From an uncultured Acidobacteriaceae bacterium (GTDB lineage Bacteria; Acidobacteriota; Terriglobia; Terriglobales; Acidobacteriaceae), in NCBI GenBank assembly GCA_963787905.1, contig CAWBFL010000107.1:931-64930 (forward strand): DNA of 64,000 nt, in the 5' to 3' direction. Of the stretch, positions 62,473 through 64,000 are shown piece after piece (position 1 is the first letter of the stretch; the number at the start of each line of letters is the position of its first letter). The translations under genes and the position numbers were made by a program. The notes beneath the pieces were generated by a model. It had not been told where the DNA came from. It was given only the letters and a program-made list of their open reading frames with translations, and did no database searches.

Positions 62473-62734
62473 GTGCTTGTCGATCTCCCTTGCCTGAATG
62501 ATAGTGCTTGCCCGAACTATACCCAGCCCCACGCCTGGAGGCAATCCCGCCTGTCCGAGTCGGCTCGCTCTCGCCGCCATCGCTGGAGTCCCGCAGCGGA
62601 GCGTTGTGTGCGATCATCAACCAGCGTTGCACGAGGGTCCATAACCATGAGGCCGCTCTCGATCGAGACCGTAATCCACTCGAACTGAGCGAAACTTTCG
62701 GCCGCTTCGCCCCATCCAACCCAACGATGAGAGA

Positions 62735-63709
62735 ATGCGGCCTTTCTACGTGACAAGACCGTTCCAATCGATTGGCAGGCGCGCGGACTGCAACCCACTG
62801 CAGGCCTTGGTGGGGATCCGGCAACTGGGCCGGTGTGCTCGGTTCTGGGCCAGGGCTATTCTGCTCGCTGCCCTCAGCTCAATGAGCTGCGCCGCGGTCG
62901 CACAGAAGCCCGAACCCCCGGCCTGGCTCGCGATGCCGGCGAGCGCCTGGGCAGCCGAATGCGCGAACAATGAGGTCGACGTCATCCAGCACAAAGGCTC
63001 CTATCTGCGCTATCGTCTGCACACTGTGGACGAGAAGAACGACGTGGTTCGCGATCAGATTGAAACTCCGGAGGGCACCGTCTCCCGGCTCGTTCAGCGC
63101 AATGGACGGCCGCTTACGCAGGAGGAAGAGGCTGCAGAGCGCGATCGCCTGCTCAGCCTCGCCGCCTCGCCCGGCGCCTTCGCGCGCCATGCCCGCCGCG
63201 ATCAGGAGAACAAGAAAATGGGTGTGGAACTGGTCAAGATGATGCCCAGCGCCATGCTTTGGAGTTATGCGCCTGGCCAGCCTCAATTGTCCAATCAGCA
63301 CGACGCAGCACCGGCGCTCGTCGTCCTCGACTTCAAACCCAATCCCGGGTGGTCGCCGCCGAATCTTGAATCCGACTTGCTCACTGGGCTTGAGGGTCGA
63401 GTCTGGATCGACCCGGGCAGCGGGCATATGGTCCATATGGAAGCCCGCCTCTTTCATGCGGTCAACATCGGTTGGGGCATGCTGGCCCACATTTATCCAG
63501 GGGGCACGGCCACGGTGGAGCAGGTCAATGCCGGCAGCCAGCGCTGGCTTGTCAAACACATCGTCGAGCAGCTGACGGCACAGGCGCTGGTAGTCAGGAT
63601 GGTCAAGCAGCGACTGGTCTCCGACGCGACCGACGTCCAGCCCGTCCCACCCATGGGCTACCAGCAGGCCGTCAAAATGCTGCTCGACAAATCTTCGCCC
63701 TCGCGCTGA
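62735..63709 (+). CDS. Secreted hypothetical protein (start uncertain)
   Basis: Signal-like AILLAALSSMSCAAVA; NGRPLT..E...E..RL, LDFKPNP, LEGRVWID, IGWGML. Confidence 0.75.
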   Translation: MRPFYVTRPFQSIGRRADCNPLQALVGIRQLGRCARFWARAILLAALSSMSCAAVAQKPEPPAWLAMPASAWAAECANNEVDVIQHKGSYLRYRLHTVDEKNDVVRDQIETPEGTVSRLVQRNGRPLTQEEEAAERDRLLSLAASPGAFARHARRDQENKKMGVELVKMMPSAMLWSYAPGQPQLSNQHDAAPALVVLDFKPNPGWSPPNLESDLLTGLEGRVWIDPGSGHMVHMEARLFHAVNIGWGMLAHIYPGGTATVEQVNAGSQRWLVKHIVEQLTAQALVVRMVKQRLVSDATDVQPVPPMGYQQAVKMLLDKSSPSR

Positions 63710-63827
63710 GCCGTCGCACCCGCATCGAACTTCGCGGGGTAAAGGTGCTATCAATAATATGGAGTGGGGCTCCGCCGGCGCACATGCCTGGCTGGCCTCG
63801 CGGCGGACGGCGAGGAGGAGGAACGAC

Positions 63828-64000
63828 GTGGACGCGACATTCACTGGGCATCCTGAGGTGGCGGCGCGGTTTCCCGACCTGCACCCGGCACTCGACGCTC
63901 GGGCGGCCGTGATCGAGGCGAACCGTTGCCTCAATTGCTTTGATGCGCCCTGCATGGGAGCCTGTCCTACCCACATCGACGTGCCGCGTTTCATCAAGAA
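63828..64000 (+). CDS. GltD/PreT-like NAD(P)-dependent Fe-S oxidoreductase, 3'-truncated (not in ORF track)
   Basis: GGAGGAGG SD, GTG start; translates ...AVIEANRCLNCFDAPCMGACPTHIDVPRFIK. Confidence 0.85.
   Translation, partial: MDATFTGHPEVAARFPDLHPALDARAAVIEANRCLNCFDAPCMGACPTHIDVPRFIK

Overview
A GC-rich bacterial chromosomal segment. Gene content, repeat families and the Acidobacterial-type VWA and lipoprotein families point to Acidobacteriota (Acidobacteriaceae, Granulicella/Edaphobacter-like); this assignment is inference. Housekeeping genes include gap, pgk, dnaK, dnaJ, an HspR-like regulator, argJ, lexA, proS, a class A PBP, lnt and a bactofilin. Also present are an osmoprotectant ABC transporter interrupted by three lower-GC genes, an AAA+/vWA pair separated by four genes, a PilB/M/N/O-type operon, a LamG-GH2 glycosidase, and a peptidoglycan-salvage-like locus (sugar kinase divergent from an apparent SSS transporter + beta-lactamase-fold + NamZ fusion). 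At least five genes carry frameshifts, most likely long-read indel errors. I found no rRNA, tRNA, CRISPR array or transposase. Most notable observations: (1) palindromic REP-like repeats inserted in frame, three times, in the transporter-hydrolase fusion; (2) two 57-aa paralogous microproteins between dnaK and dnaJ, where grpE often sits; (3) a ~210-bp element present twice (TTGACA-N7-TATAAT ... hairpin ... G-tract); (4) an overlapping HEPN / small protein / nucleotidyltransferase triad; (5) a shared ATC-N16/17-CATC motif upstream of the AAA, vWA, OMP and dnaK genes.
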